Shown here one piece after another: positions 36,431 to 50,500 of a DNA stretch of 64,000 nucleotides (its first letter is position 1; the number at the start of each line of letters is the position of its first letter). This stretch comes from Anaeramoeba ignava BMAN (taxonomy: Eukaryota > Protista > Anaeramoebae), in the NCBI GenBank assembly GCA_028826165.1, contig JAPDFW010000084.1, positions 124,001-188,000 on the forward strand. Reading direction: 5' to 3'. The translations under genes were made by a program, and so were the position numbers. The notes under the pieces were generated by a model. That model worked only from the letters and a program-made list of their open reading frames with translations. It was not told where the DNA came from and made no database searches.

Positions 36431-39400
36431 TTAGAGAATCACAACAATACAAGAGATATTATCTGTACTTCCTTTATCGATGGCATTTTTAACAAGTTTT
36501 TGACTCATTTCTTCTGGTTTTTCCATTCCAATTATTAATTCAACAGCTTCTTGATCTGAATAAATATCCCATAAACCATCACAAGCTAATATTAAGAATG
36601 AATCAGTATCTTCCAATTCAACTTCTGAAACATAAGGTATATTGGTAACAAATGGTTTAATTGCATGATCTCCTAAAGCTCTTGAGACTGCCAATACTCC
36701 TTTTTATTTTAAATTTTCAAAGAATTTTAATTTTGATTTTTATTTTAATTTTAATTTTAATTTTGATTTTGATTTTGATTTTGATTTTGATTTTGATTTT
36801 AATTTTTAATTTTGATTTTAATTTTTAATTTTAATTTTAATTTTAATTTTGATTTTGATTTTGATTTTAATTTTTAATTTTGATTTTGATTTTAATTTTA
36901 ATTTTAATTTTAATTTTAATTTTAATTTTAATATTAATTTTAATTTTGATTTTGATTTTGATTTTGATTTTAATTTTGATTTTAATTTAATTTTAATTTG
37001 AATTTTGATTTTGATTTTAATTTTGATTTTGATTTTAATTTTGATTTAGATTTTAATTTTAATTTTGATTTTGATTTTGATTTTTATTTTGATTTTGATT
37101 TTAATTTTGATTTTAATTTTAATTTTAGATTTTGATTTTAATTTTGATTTTGATTTTGATTTTAATTTTAATTTTGATTTTGATTTTAATTTTGATTTTA
37201 AATTTGATTTTAATTTTATAAATGAATTTAATTTTAAATTTTATTTTGATTTTAATTTTATAAATGAATTTAATTTTAAATTTTGATTTTCAATTTCTTT
37301 ACCAACAGTCCGATTAAAACTAACAAAACCTCCTTCAGAAATTATCCTTTCTTCTTCTTCTTTTACTGTTGGTTTATGATCAAAACTAAGTCTAACCGCT
37401 TTTTTATTTCGACTTTTTAAATAAATAAAAATAATAAATTAATTTAATTTAAATTTAAATTTAAATTTAGATCTAATAAAATATACCAAAGAACAGCACG
37501 AGAATCACCAACATTTGCAGTATACAATTTTCTAACCCCATCTTCTTTAGTAATAAAACAAGTAACAGCAGTAGAACCAACACTTTGGAAACCTTTATTT
37601 TTTGTCATTTTATCAATTTTTTGATAAGTTTTTGTAAAAATATCAGGAATTTTTCCAGGCATTGCACTTAAAGAAGAAGTAGAAAGACTTGGCGTTATTT
37701 TTCCTTTTGATTCAGTTGATTCAATAGAAACTTCATCATCTTCTTCAACATCTCCAAAATCATCAGAAGAAAGAAGATCTCCTACATTTTCTCGACTTTC
37801 ACTGAAGCTTTTTAAAACTTGATCTGGTTTTAAATATTCTAGAAATTTCTTGTCTAAATATGATTTTGCAAATCCTGATACTTGATTTCCTCCATGTCCA
37901 TCATAAATTGCAAAAAATCCCCAATCAGCTTCACCTCCAAATTTATCAATTATTACATGTTCATCCTATATCACAAAAAATTGAAATTTGAATTTGAATT
38001 TGAATTTGAATTTGAATTTGAATTTGAATTTGAAATTGAAAATTGAATTTGAAATTGAAATTGAATTTGAATTTGAATTTGAAATTGAATTTGAAATTGA
38101 AATTATATTTGAAATTATATTTGGAATTATATTTGTAATTGAAATTATATTTGAATTTGAAATTATATTTGAATTTGAAATTATATTTGAATTTGAAATT
38201 ATATTTGAATTTGAATTTGAATTTGAATTTGAATTTGAAATTATATTTGAAATTGAAATTGAAATTGAAATTGAATTTGAATTTGAAATTGAAATTATAT
38301 TTGAAATTGAAATTATATTTGAAATTGAAATTATATTTGAAATTGAAATTATATTTGAATTTGAAATTATATTTGAAATTGAAATTATATTTGAAATTGA
38401 AATTGAAATTGAATTTGAATTTGAAATTGAAATTATATTTGAATTTGAATTTGAAATTGAAATTATATTTGAAATTGAATTTGAAATTATATTTGAATTT
38501 GAATTTGAATTTATATTTGAAATTAAATTTGAAATTATATTTGAAATTGAATTTGAAATTGAATTTGAAATTATATTTGAATTTGAAATTGAATTTAAAT
38601 TTGAAATTGAATTTGAAATTGAAATTGAATTTGAATTTATATTTGAATTTGAATTTGAAATTGAATTTGAATTTGAAATTGAAATTATATTTGAAATTGA
38701 AATTATATTTGAATTTGTAATTGAAATTATATTTGTAATTATATTTGAAATTGAAATTATATTTGAAATTGAAATTATATTTGAATTTGTAATTATATTT
38801 GAATTTGAATTTGAAATTGAATTTAAATTTGAATTTGAATTTGAAATTGAATTTGAATTTGAAATTATATTTGAATTTGAAATTGAAATTGTATTTGTAA
38901 TTATAATTGAATTTGTAATTATATTTGAATTTGTAATTATATTTGAATTTGAAATTATATTTGAAATTGAAATTATATTTGAAATTGAAATTGAAATTGA
39001 ATTTAAAATTGAAATTGAATTTGAAATTGAAATTGAAATTATATTTGAAATTATAATTGAATTTGAAATTGAATTTGAAATTTGAAATTGAAATTGAAAT
39101 TGAATGAAATTGAATTTGAAATTGAAATTATATTTGAAATTTGAAATTATATTTGAAATTGAAATTATATTTGAAATTGAATTTGAATTTGAATTTGAAA
39201 TTGAATTTGAAATTGAAATTGAAATTGAAATTGAAATTGAATTTGAATTTGAAATTGAATTTGAAATTATATTTGAAATTGAATTTGAATTTGTAATTGA
39301 ATTTGAAATTGAAATTGAAATTGAAATTATATTTGAATTTGAAATTATATTTGAAATTGAAATTGAAATTATATTTGAATTTGAATTTGAATTTGAAATT

Positions 39401-39629
39401 GAAATTATATTTGAAATTGAATTTGAAATTGTATTTGAATTTGAAATTGAATTTGAAATTAAATTTGAAATTATAATTGAATTTGTAATTATAATTGAAT
39501 TTGAATTTGAAATTGTATTTGAATTTGAAAAATATTTACTTCCATTGTAGTTCGAAATTTAATATTTGGTTCAGTAGTAACTCCAACTGAATTAACACTT
39601 GAAAGATTTGGTAGATATTGAGTTCTCAT
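36431..39629 (-). CDS. PP2C/PPM-family Ser/Thr phosphatase (4 exons)
   Basis: RTTME|DEH, FFAIYDGHGG, GSTAV, ANVGDSRAVL, DHKP, LAVSRALGD, LACDGLWD, GSTDNIS. Confidence 0.95.
37966..39539. repeat. PP2C intron 1 filled with (TTTGAA/ATTGAA)n
   Basis: Splits the ME|D motif; minus-strand GTAAAT donor and TAG acceptor. Confidence 0.93.
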
Positions 39630-39866
39630 TTAAAAAGGAAAAAAAAATGAAAAAAAAATGAAAAAAAATGAAAAAAAATGAAAAATGATTTTTTTTGAAA
39701 TGAGAAAAAAAAATTTTAAAAACAAAAAAGAATTGGAAAGACTTTTATTTACTTGATAAAAATATATTGTAATTTAAAAGAAAAAGAACCAATTACTATT
39801 TTTATCATGATTAATTTTTTTGGATTAAATTTTTTTTTTGGATTAATTTTTTTGAATTTTTAATTT

Positions 39867-41291
39867 CTAATCTTTTTGGAAATAAAATCTTCTTCCCATA
39901 GAATCAATCTCTTTCAAATAAAAAACGTTAGATTTAAGAGTTTCGATTTCGAGAGGTTTTGGTTTGATATCCTTTTTGTTATAATTGTTCTTTCTTTGTT
40001 CCAAAATATCTGTAAATTGATTTGGAAGAATTTCAATTCTTTGATCCAAAAGATTTTGAATATCAAGATTTTTTTTAATCTCAGTTGGATCCTCTCGAAC
40101 AAGCAAAGAAAACATAGAAGAAGCAAGACCTGAACCGTAGGAAAACATTACAATACGCTTTCCAATTAAATCCTTGGAATTGGTATTAAAAATCAAAGAA
40201 GCTAAACCTCCATAAAGAGAACCGCAATATAAATTGCCACAATTATTTGAAATCAAAGTTGAAGGATCAACTTTTTTGTTGTAACTTTCATGCGATATTT
40301 TTTTGAAGTTGTCTTCGATTTCTCTGTTGAAATAAGTGTCTTCGAGTTTTAAATCAAGAAATTTTTTCAAAAATTGTAAATCAAGATTTTTTTCAGAAAT
40401 CAAATTCTCAGGAAAATAGCAAAAATCAAGATAATGAATGCGCGCCCAGGATTTGAGAACCAATTTATTGTAAGGGGAATGAAACACGCAGTAATCGATT
40501 GAATCAGAGGTGAATTTGCGTGTATTTTGGAGTGGGTTGTTTGCATTATCTTTTTCTTTTGGATCATCTTTAATTTTGGAAAGTGAAAAATTTTCGACAT
40601 TTTTTCTGAATTTGGAGTAGCAATTATCAAGAGCATTAAAATAGCACTTGATGGACAGCAAACCGTCGACAACGGGGTATTCTGAGTCCAAATTTGGCTT
40701 GAAAAAATCGTAAGCATTCTGGAAATAAGAACCACGAAGACCCGAAGAATTTTCAAGAACAATAGGAGCATTAGGGCCAATAAGAATAGCAACTGCTCCA
40801 GCACCGCCAGTAGGACGAGCGGGTCCTTTTTCATAAACAGCGATATCGGCGGCAACCACGAGCGCCAAACGCCCGTCCCAAGCGCTTGACTCGCACCATG
40901 CAACGCTGTTGAAAAAAGCAGCAGTTCCGCCATAGCATGCGTTGATGCAATCGATTCCCTCAATATCATGATTGCCACTTTCATCAAATAACTGCATCAA
41001 TGTTGTCTTCACTGACTTGGACTTGTCAATCACTGTTTCAGTTCCTACTTCTAGTCTTCCAATGTCCTTGTAATTTATACCGTTTTTTTTCATTAGTTGA
41101 TTTACTGCTGTCAAACTTATTGAATTTATATCTTCAATTTCGGAACAGAAACTCATCTTGCTTTGCATTAATCCTATTGTGTATTTCCCTTTTCCTGCTG
41201 AGTCAAATTCTTCTAGTTTTTCTTGTGAAACGTAAAGTTGTGGCACATAAACTTCTATTGCTAATATTCCAATGTTTTTGTTTGATTTCAT
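39867..41291 (-). CDS. HMGCS: Hydroxymethylglutaryl-CoA synthase (eukaryotic type)
   Basis: GKYTIGL, RLEVGTET, catalytic NACYGGTAA, ARPTGGAGAVA, FHSPY, FSYGSG. First ATG at 41291 (the ORF track starts at an upstream TTG). Confidence 0.97.
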   Translation of the reverse strand: MKSNKNIGILAIEVYVPQLYVSQEKLEEFDSAGKGKYTIGLMQSKMSFCSEIEDINSISLTAVNQLMKKNGINYKDIGRLEVGTETVIDKSKSVKTTLMQLFDESGNHDIEGIDCINACYGGTAAFFNSVAWCESSAWDGRLALVVAADIAVYEKGPARPTGGAGAVAILIGPNAPIVLENSSGLRGSYFQNAYDFFKPNLDSEYPVVDGLLSIKCYFNALDNCYSKFRKNVENFSLSKIKDDPKEKDNANNPLQNTRKFTSDSIDYCVFHSPYNKLVLKSWARIHYLDFCYFPENLISEKNLDLQFLKKFLDLKLEDTYFNREIEDNFKKISHESYNKKVDPSTLISNNCGNLYCGSLYGGLASLIFNTNSKDLIGKRIVMFSYGSGLASSMFSLLVREDPTEIKKNLDIQNLLDQRIEILPNQFTDILEQRKNNYNKKDIKPKPLEIETLKSNVFYLKEIDSMGRRFYFQKD

Positions 41292-41356
41292 TTTGTGTTG
41301 AAGAAAAAATGAATTTTTTTTTTTCAAACATTTTTTCTTTTTTTTTTGAATTTTGA

Positions 41357-41365
41357 TAACGTCAT
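41357..41365 (-). promoter_or_regulatory. CRE-like motif ATGACGTTA upstream of HMGCS
   Basis: TAACGTCAT on the plus strand; the same 9-mer and same gene-relative orientation as upstream of NOC4. Confidence 0.4.
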
Positions 41366-42690
41366 TTAATTTAAATATTTTATAATTTAAATATTTTATA
41401 ATTTAAATATTTTATAAATTAAATATTTTATAATTTAAATATTTTATAATTTAATTTAAATATTTTATAATTAATTATTTTATAATTTAAATATTTTATG
41501 ATTTAATTATTTTATAATTTAGATATTTTATAATTTAAATATTTTATAAATTAAATATTTTATAATTTAAATATTTTATAATTTAAATATTTTATAATTT
41601 AATTATTTTATAATTTAAATATTTTATAATTTAAATATTTTATAATTTAAATATTTTATAAATTAAATATTTTATAAATTAAATATTTTATGATTTAATT
41701 ATTTTATAATTTAAATATTTTATAATTTAAATATTTTATAATTTAAATATTTTATGATTTAATTATTTTATAATTTAATTATTTTATAATTTAAATATTT
41801 TATAATTTAAATATTTTATAATTTAATTATTTTATAAATTAAATATTTTATAATTTAAATATTTTATAATTTAATTATTTTTAATTTAAATATTTTATGA
41901 TTTAAATATTTTATAATTTAAATATTTTATAAATTAAATATTTTATAATTTAAATATATTTTATAATTTAATTATTTTATAATTTAAATATTTTATAATT
42001 TAAATATTTTATAAATTAAAATATTTTATAATTTAAATATTTTATAATTTAAATATTTTATAATTTAAATATTTTATAAATTAAATATTTTATAATTTAA
42101 ATATTTTATAATTTAAATATTTTATAATTTAAATATTTTATAATTTAAATATTTTTATTTAATTTTTATTTTAATTATTTTTTAATTTAAATATTTTTAT
42201 TTTTAATTATTTTATAAATATTTTATAATTTAAATATTTTATAATTTAAATATTTTATAATTTAATTATTTTATAATTTAAATATTTTATAATTTAAATA
42301 TTTTATTTTATAAATTTAAATATTTTATAAATTTAAAATATTTTATAATTTAAATATTTTATAATTTAAATATTTTATAATTTAAATATTTTATAATTTA
42401 AATATTTTATAATTTAAATATTTTATAATTTAAATATTTTATGATTTAAATATTTTATAATTTAAATATTTTATAATTTAAATATTTTATAATTTAAATA
42501 TTTTATAATTTAATTATTTTATAATTTAATTATTTTATAATTTAAATATTTTATAATTTAAATATTTTATAATTTAAATATTTTATGATTTAAATATTTT
42601 ATGATTTAAATATTTTATGATTTAAATATTTTATGATTTAGATATTTTATAATTTAAATATTTTATAATTTAAATATTTTATAATTTTAA
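41366..42690. repeat. Intergenic 16-bp minisatellite (ATAATTTAAATATTTT)n, about 1.3 kb
   Basis: Read directly; lies between the divergent HMGCS and SPT20 genes. Confidence 0.95.
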
Positions 42691-42792
42691 TTTAAAAAAA
42701 AAATATTTTTCAAATAATCATTTTTTTTTTTCAAAATTTCTTCCAAATTCTTAAAATTTTTTTCTAAATCCACTTAACATAAAAAATAAATA

Positions 42793-45052
42793 ATGAACAC
42801 ACAAAGAACTCAATTACCAAATCAAACAATCTCTTCACCACAAACACAAAAAATGTTGTCACTTATGGAAAGAAAAGATGAAGAAGAAAAAAGAAAAAAT
42901 CTAATTGAAAAACTTCGAAAAACTCGAGGTTTAAGATTTGCAGCCGAAATTCAAAAACTGGAACAAGATTACCTAAATGAATATCGCGATTCAATAAGAC
43001 AAAGTCTTAATTTTTTGTGTGAAATTATTGATAAATTTACAGAAAATTATTTCAAAAATTATCCAAAAGAAAAAGGTAATTTTTAAATTCATTTCAAATT
43101 TTATTTTGAATTCTCTTCTTCTTTTAAAAATATTTTTTTTTCTAATTTTTACGTTAAAAAACAAAAAAAATAGATGAACATTTTAATGGATTTTTTGGAG
43201 GAAAAATTCTTGAAAATTTAGAATCCAAACTTATCATCAACCTTTTTATCAATGGTTTTTCGTTTTTTGAAGTTAATGTAATCATAAAGTTTAGAGATAA
43301 TCATCTCACAAGAAAATTTATTGATATTGAATGATAATTCTCTATTATAAAAAATCCAAAAACAAAGTCAAAACAAAAATATAAACATAAAAACAAATTG
43401 ATAATGAAATAAAAAAAACAAGAAGAAGAAATACGATATATAATAATAAATATCACGAGAACATAATATTTAATTAGCAATTATTTGAGGCTCATTTACT
43501 GAAAAACATACCAAACCAAAAAAAAAAATTATATATCAAAAAATAGGAAATGAAAATTCGTCCATACGATTACTCAAACCGTTCTCTTCTTGAGGCACTG
43601 GACGAGGGCCATGTAAACGAAGAAATATTAGCCATTCTTTACATCAACAAAAAGGAGATGCCGTTCATTGACGGAAAAGTTGTTTGTTTTATCAATGATT
43701 ACAGATCGCAAATTTTTCGACGGAAGAAGCTGAAACCGCCGACAGAGAACAGCGTGCCGAAAACCGCGCAGAGAAACAGCATGAGCATAGAAACACCTCA
43801 GATGGACATCGGGGATAAGGATAACTCCGGGGCACCAATAGAGATCCCTGTGCAACCAGAATCGAGACACTGTTTGCTTTCCTTTACAGATTCTATTTTG
43901 TATCAAAAATTGGATTCCGAGACGCGCTCAAAATTCGAAATGCAAAGCGTGATCGAAATCGAAAAGCGAGTCAGACAAAAAATCGGTTCTTTTGTATGTT
44001 TTGATCCGTCGCCTCAAGTGTTCAAAGTTGCGAATTTTTACTCAACAAATCAACAGAAATTCAAGTTCCAAAACAAAGTTTGGCACAACACAAAGCACCC
44101 GTCGCATCGCAACGCAAAGAAGCACAAGTCCAATCGGACAGAAAAGATGAAAAACAAAGAAAACGACAAGGCAAAAATCATTGTGCTCAATCCCCGCAAG
44201 AAATCGAATTTCTCACTGCTTTCTCCCACATCGTTCTCGCTGCATAACCGCAAAATGGTGTCTGAGTTTTTTTTCACTGAATACATCCGATCAATGCTGT
44301 GTCCGAAAACTGGCGCTCCAAAATCAAATCTACTTGACTTTTTAAGAAATCGGGAAAAAAACGATCAACGGAATTCGCAATACCCACAAAATAACAACAA
44401 CAGCAACAACCAACCCAAAGAAACAGCGCTGCGCACCGACTCTGCGTTTCAAACAAACGCGGTTTTCCCGTCAGTTGCTTATTCAAGTCCTTTTATCATC
44501 GAACAGAACAACCGCCGAAAAAACGTCTTTACAGAAGAACAAATAAACGAGATGAAGAAAGTAGTGCCTTCTAAAACACCCCCCTTTTCTCACAAACTCC
44601 CTCCTTTTCTGGGCCCCACTTCGGCTTGTGCTGTCCCTTCTCTTTCCCCCAAAACAATGAAGTCGGAAGTCCAGGAGTCCCAAATAAGCACAACCGCGTT
44701 CCCTTCAAATCAAGCTACCTCGAAGGTGTCGATCCCTCTTAAAAAGAACCCGCAATCTAATGAAGACAATCCCCGAAGAACCCCTTTTTATCATGCAAAA
44801 GCAAATGGCATCACAAATGTGGAACAGCACAAGTACTCAAATAAATCAGGTGAAAATGCAACAATTTCAATAGAGAGAGACATGACAGGCACTTACATCA
44901 TCACCTTCGAGATCGCCCAGAACGAAAGGCTGCCGTCCTTGACTTCTCAGCTTGAAAGTGGTGGATATTCTCAAACAAAAATTGCTGTTGAACAATATCA
45001 AAATATTTTATTAAAAAAAGGTTTTCGAAATGTTTCCAATAGTTACAATTAG
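42793..45052 (+). CDS. SPT20: SAGA subunit Spt20-family protein (3 exons)
   Basis: Exons of about 42793-43075, 43174-43277 and 43547-45052. LIINLFINGFSF...IRPYDYSNRSLLEALDEG...FIDGKVVCFINDYR and VCFDPSPQV match the Spt20 domain. Confidence 0.75.
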
Positions 45053-45234
45053 AGAATTTTGTTTATTTTGATTTTCAATTCAATTCAATTTAATTCAATT
45101 TAATTCAATTCAATTCAATTTATCTTTATGAAATTTTAAAAAAGGAAAAATTAAATGAATTTAAAAAGAAATTTTTTTAATGAATTTTGAAAAGATTTTG
45201 AAAAGATTTTTTTAATTCTTAAAAGGTCTCGTTT

Positions 45235-46898
45235 TCATTTTAATAACGGAAGGGTTATCTTCACAAAATCACTTTCACAATAAAGTGGAAGATCTTCATG
45301 TCTACAATTTGTTGCTTGAAAGTTTAATTTTTTGTTTTCATCAAGATAACGAATTCCGATCCAATCTTCTAGATATAATTGAGTTTCATTATAAGGAATA
45401 ATGTTTTGGAATTTATCATCAAAAAATGCAAACCAAGCACTTTCTTTAGGATTAACTATAAAATCAAATTTTAATTCAAATTTTAATTTGATTTTTAATA
45501 TTCAATTCAATTTAATATTCAATTCAATTCAATATTCAATTTAATTTAATATTCAATATTTAATTAAAATTTTAATTTGATTTTTAATATTCAATTCAAT
45601 ATTTAATATTTAATATTCAATCCAATATTCAATTCAATTTACTTATATCATCAACATTTGATAATACTAAAGTTAATGAATTTAAACTCATGATATTTTT
45701 TTTAATTTGTTCATTTTTATCAGCAATTTCATTGTTTAAATAGGGCAGGAAAATGGATTTTTCTAAATAAAGATTATAATTCAAAGGATCTTTCCAATAC
45801 TAAAAAAATAAAAAAAATAATCAATAATAAATAATCAATAATTGTTTCTCTCTTTTTTTCTTTTATTGTTTCTTGATTTATTTACTTGAGCTACAGTTAT
45901 TGTGTCTTGAATTTCTTTGATATAAGCTGAACTCTGAAGAATTTTATCCAACCATTTATATTCTTCTTTTGGAAATCCAAACAATCCTTGATGTGGAGTA
46001 ACCCAAGTTATTAAATTATGAACAGGTGGATCGTTACAAAATTCAACATATCCTCTTGCAATTAAACCACCTTGTGAATGACCAATAACATTAATTTTAG
46101 TTGCATTTTTTAAAATAGGATCACTTTTAACTTTAGAACAAAATTCATTAACAGCATCAAACATTTTATAAAAAAAAGAATTCCAAAAACCATCTCCAAT
46201 CTTTTTTTAAAAAAAAGCAAAAATAATTTTTAATTTGATTTTAATTTTGATTTTGATTTTAATTTTAATTTGATTTGATTTTGATTTTAATTTAATTTTG
46301 ATTTTAATTTGATTTTAATTTTGATTTTAATTTTGATTTTAATTTTGATTTTAATTTTGATTTTAATTTTGATTTTAATTTGATTTAATTAAATTTAATT
46401 TCATGTTAATTTTAATTTGATTTTAATTTGATTTTAATTTGATTTTAATTTTGATTTTAATTTGATTTTAATTTTGATTTTAATTTTAATTTAAATTTGA
46501 TTTTGATTTTGATTTTAATTTTGATTTTGATTTTAATTTTAATTTAATTTTAAATTTGATTTAAATTTGATTTAATTTTAATTTGATTTTGATTTTAATT
46601 TGATGTTGATTTAATTTTGATTTTGATTTGATTTTGATTTGATTTTGATTTGATTGATTAATTTTAAATTTGATTTTAATTTCATGTTGATTTTAATTTA
46701 ATTTGTTTAATTTTAATTTACTTCAACACTTTTAACATAAACATCATCTCCTAAATATTTATGAATCCAATTAATAACAGGTTTAATTGTAGTTGCATTT
46801 TGATCAAGTCCATGCATTAAAACAACAGGATATGTTGCTTTTATTGCATGGAATAAAAACAAAAAAGAAAATATAAAAACTGGAATTAAAATTTTCAT
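45235..46898 (-). CDS. Palmitoyl-protein thioesterase (PPT1/PPT2 family, secreted/lysosomal)
   Basis: Signal peptide, YPVVLMHGL, IGDGFWNSF, nucleophile GHSQGG, PPVHNLI, YWKDP, PKESAWF, DWIGIRYL and terminal His (CRHE); 5 exons. Confidence 0.93.
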
Positions 46899-47028
46899 TA
46901 AGTAATTAATCAATTAATTTGAAAAAAAAAAATGAAAAAATAAAAATTTAAATCCCGATTTTCTAAATTTTCATTTTTTTTCTCATTTTTGTTTAATTTT
47001 TTTTTTTAAATCTAAAACAAAATTAAAA

Positions 47029-50000
47029 ATGACAACAATTAATACATTAAATGAAATACCAATGGATGATCTAAAAGAAGAAGAAAGAAAAGAAATGGAA
47101 AGAAAAGAAATGGAAAAAAAAGAAAAAGAAAAAAAAGATAAAAAAAAAGATTCTGGTTCAGTTTCAACATTTTCTGACAGCAATTCAGGGAAAGAAAATG
47201 AACCAGATAAGCAAAAAGCTCCTAACGATCCTAATCAAGAATTTTCACCTCAATATTATCAAGAAGCTGAGTTTGTTTCTCCTTATAATAATCCATTTCT
47301 TGTCTTTGTGGATAAGTACTTTAATATTTCAAAACGAAATTCAAATTTTACAACCGAAATTCTTGCCGGAATTACTTTATTTTTGACTACATCTTGTTTG
47401 TATTCTTTGTTTTTATTATTATTTTATTATTTTATTATTTTATTATTTTATTATTTTATTATTTTATTATTTTATTATTTTTTATTTGCTTTTTTTGTTT
47501 GTTCAAAAATATTCGAATAATTTGCTTTTTTTGTTTGTTCAAAAATATTCGAATAATTTTTTATTAAGATTTTTAATTAAGATTTTAATTAAGATTTTAA
47601 TTAAGATTTTAATTAAGATTTTAATTAAGATTTTTATTAAGATTTCTTTTTATTAATAATTTTTTTTTTTTCGATTTTTTAACAACTAAATCTATATTGA
47701 AAAACTTGTAAATTTCTTTTAGATATTCTCCAAAAACAAACTACAATTTTGGGAATTGCTGGAATGGATAGTCAAAGTGTTTTTACTGCAACGGCTTTAA
47801 GTAATTCTTTTTCTCTTTTTTTTTTTTTCATAAAGCAAATTCATTTAACAAAAAAATAAATAAACAAAAAAATAAATAAACAAAAAAATAAATAAACAAA
47901 AAAAAACAACTCATTAAAATTAGCAACTGGTCTTGGTACAATAACTATTGGGCTTGTTTCTGGATTTCCAATGTTGATTTCTACAGGAATGGGTGAAAAT
48001 TTCTTTTTTGTTGATACAATTTGCCATACTTTAGGATATGATTGGAAAATTGGTTTAAGTTTAGTTTTTTTTCATGGAATAATTTCGGTTATTTTAAGTG
48101 TAATTCTTAATTTAATTTTAATTTTAATTTTAATTTTAAATTTTTAATTTTTTTGCTTTTCTTTTTAAAATTAATTTAGATTGTTATTCCGAAATCAAAT
48201 TTGATATATGCAATTCCTTCTACTTTTAGGATAGGGATAGCTTATGGTGTAAATTTAATTTTAATATTAATTTTATTTTTAATTTTAATTTTAATTTTAA
48301 TTTTAATTTTAATTTTAATTTTAATATTAATTTTAATTTTAATTTTAATAATTTTAATTTTAATTTTAATTTTAATTTTAATTTTAATTTTAATTTTAAT
48401 TTTAATTTTAATTTTAATATTAATTTTAATTTAAATTTTAATTTTAATTTTAATTTTAATTTTAATTTTAATTTTAATTTTGATTTTGATTTTGATTTTG
48501 ATTTTGATTTTGATTTTGATTTTAATTTTAATTTTGATTTTAATTTTAATATTAATTTTAATTTTAATTTTAATTTTAATTTTAATTTTGATTTTAATTT
48601 TAATTTTAATTTTAATTTTAATTTTAATTTTAATTTTAATTTTAATATTAATTTTAATATTAATTTTGATTTTAATTTTAATTTTAATTTTAATTTTAAT
48701 TTTAATTTTAATTTTAATTTTAATTTTAATTTTAATTTAAATTTTAATTTTGATTTTGATTTTAATTTTAATATTGATTTTAATTTTGATTTTAATTTTG
48801 ATTTTAGATTGGGTTATTGATTGGGAAAATTGGGATAATTGATATGCTTTTGTTAGATACATCAAGTCATTTTGATCCAAAATATCAAGCATTAATTGGA
48901 GGATTGACATTAGTTTTAATAGTATATGGAGCCTCAAGAAATCACAAATTAGTTGTAGTTCTTGGAGTGATTGGATCTGTAGTATTAAGTATTATAATTT
49001 CAATAGCAAGAAAAGATCTTTCATTTCCAAAATGGGTTACACCTTCATTAAAAGAAACAGCATTTAAACTAAAATTCGATTATAGAAATGCTGTTCCTAT
49101 TTATTATGTTATTGTTTATGTTCTTAATACTTTGTTTGATGTTGTCTGTTCAAGTTTGACAATCATTCAATTAACTTTCCTTAGTAAAATTAAATATGAT
49201 AATGAAAGTTTTGTTAAATTAGTTGCTGGTGCTAAAAATAATCGTTTTATGAAAATTTTACTTGTTAATTCAGCCTTTGTTATTGTTTCAAGTTTACTTG
49301 GAACATCTCCAACAGTAATATTTATTGAATCTTGTGTAGCTGCTGCTCTTGGTGCAAGGTAATTTTAAATTGAATATTTATTTTGAATATTGAATTGAAT
49401 ATTGAATATTGAATATTGAATATTGAATATTGAATATTGAATATTAAATATTTATTTTGAATATTGAATATTGAATTAAATTGAATATTGAATTGAATAT
49501 TGAATTGAATATTGAATATTGAATATTGAATATTGAATATTGAATATTAAATATTTATTTTGAATATTTATTTTGAATATTTATTTTGAATATTGAATTG
49601 AATTGAATATTTATTTTGAATATTAAATATTTATTTTGAATATTGAATATTGAATATTGATTAGAACTGGTTTATGTTCTATTGTTGCTGGACTTTTATT
49701 CATAATATCAATCTTTTTCTATCCAATCATGATGATAATCCCACAAGAATCAATAGGACCTTTATTAGTTTGGACAACAATTTCTGTTCTTCAAATGGTT
49801 GAATGTAATTAAAATAAGGAAATTTTTGTTTTTAGAAAGATATATCAAAATTAACTTATCAAATTTTAAATAATTAGATATGAATTTTGACGATATTAAT
49901 GAAATGATTCCAGTTGCAATTTCAAGTGTTTTAATTCCTTTATTAGATAGTGTTATTTATGGTGTTTCTTCAGGTTATATTGTTCTTTTACTTGTTTGGA

Positions 50001-50101
50001 TAACTGGAAAAAACAGAAAATGGAAGCAAATTAATGCAACTATGATTTTTGTTGGAATTGCATCTATTATTTGCTTATTTATTCCAAAAACCTTCTCTTA
50101 A
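47029..50101 (+). CDS. AzgA/NCS2-family purine nucleobase permease (multi-exon)
   Basis: YFNISKRNSNFTTEILAGITLFLT, TGMGENFFF, LGTSPTVIFIES, GARTGLCSIVAG, DDINEMIP, SVIYGVSSG; many transmembrane segments. Confidence 0.88.
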
Positions 50102-50154
50102 ATTCTTCTCCTTAAGATATTTCTTTGTTTCAATTTTTACTCATTCTTATATCT

Positions 50155-50500
50155 TTTAAAATTGATTTTTAAATTGATTTTCAAATTGATTTTTAAATTG
50201 ATTTTTAAAATTGATTTTTAAATTGATTTTTAAAATTGATTTTGGAATTGATTTTTAAATTGATTTTTGAATTGATTTTTGAATTGATTTTTGAATTGAT
50301 TTTTGAATTGATTTTTAAATTAATTTTTAAAATTGATTTTGGAATTGATTTTTAAATTGATTTTTAAATTGATTTTTAAATTGATTTTGGAATTGATTTT
50401 TAAAATTGATTTTTAAATTGATTTTTAAAATTAATTTTTGAATTGATTTTTAAAATTAATTTTGGAATTGATTTTTAAATTGATTTTTTAAATTGATTTT
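50155..50500. repeat. (AATTGATTTTT[A/G])n 3'-flanking repeat
   Basis: About 12-bp unit read directly. Confidence 0.9.

Noticed and set aside
37988-39550. Long ORFs of 365, 193 and 148 aa (EFEIEI/LNLKL)
   Set aside because: Translations of the hexamer repeat within PP2C intron 1, on the opposite strand.
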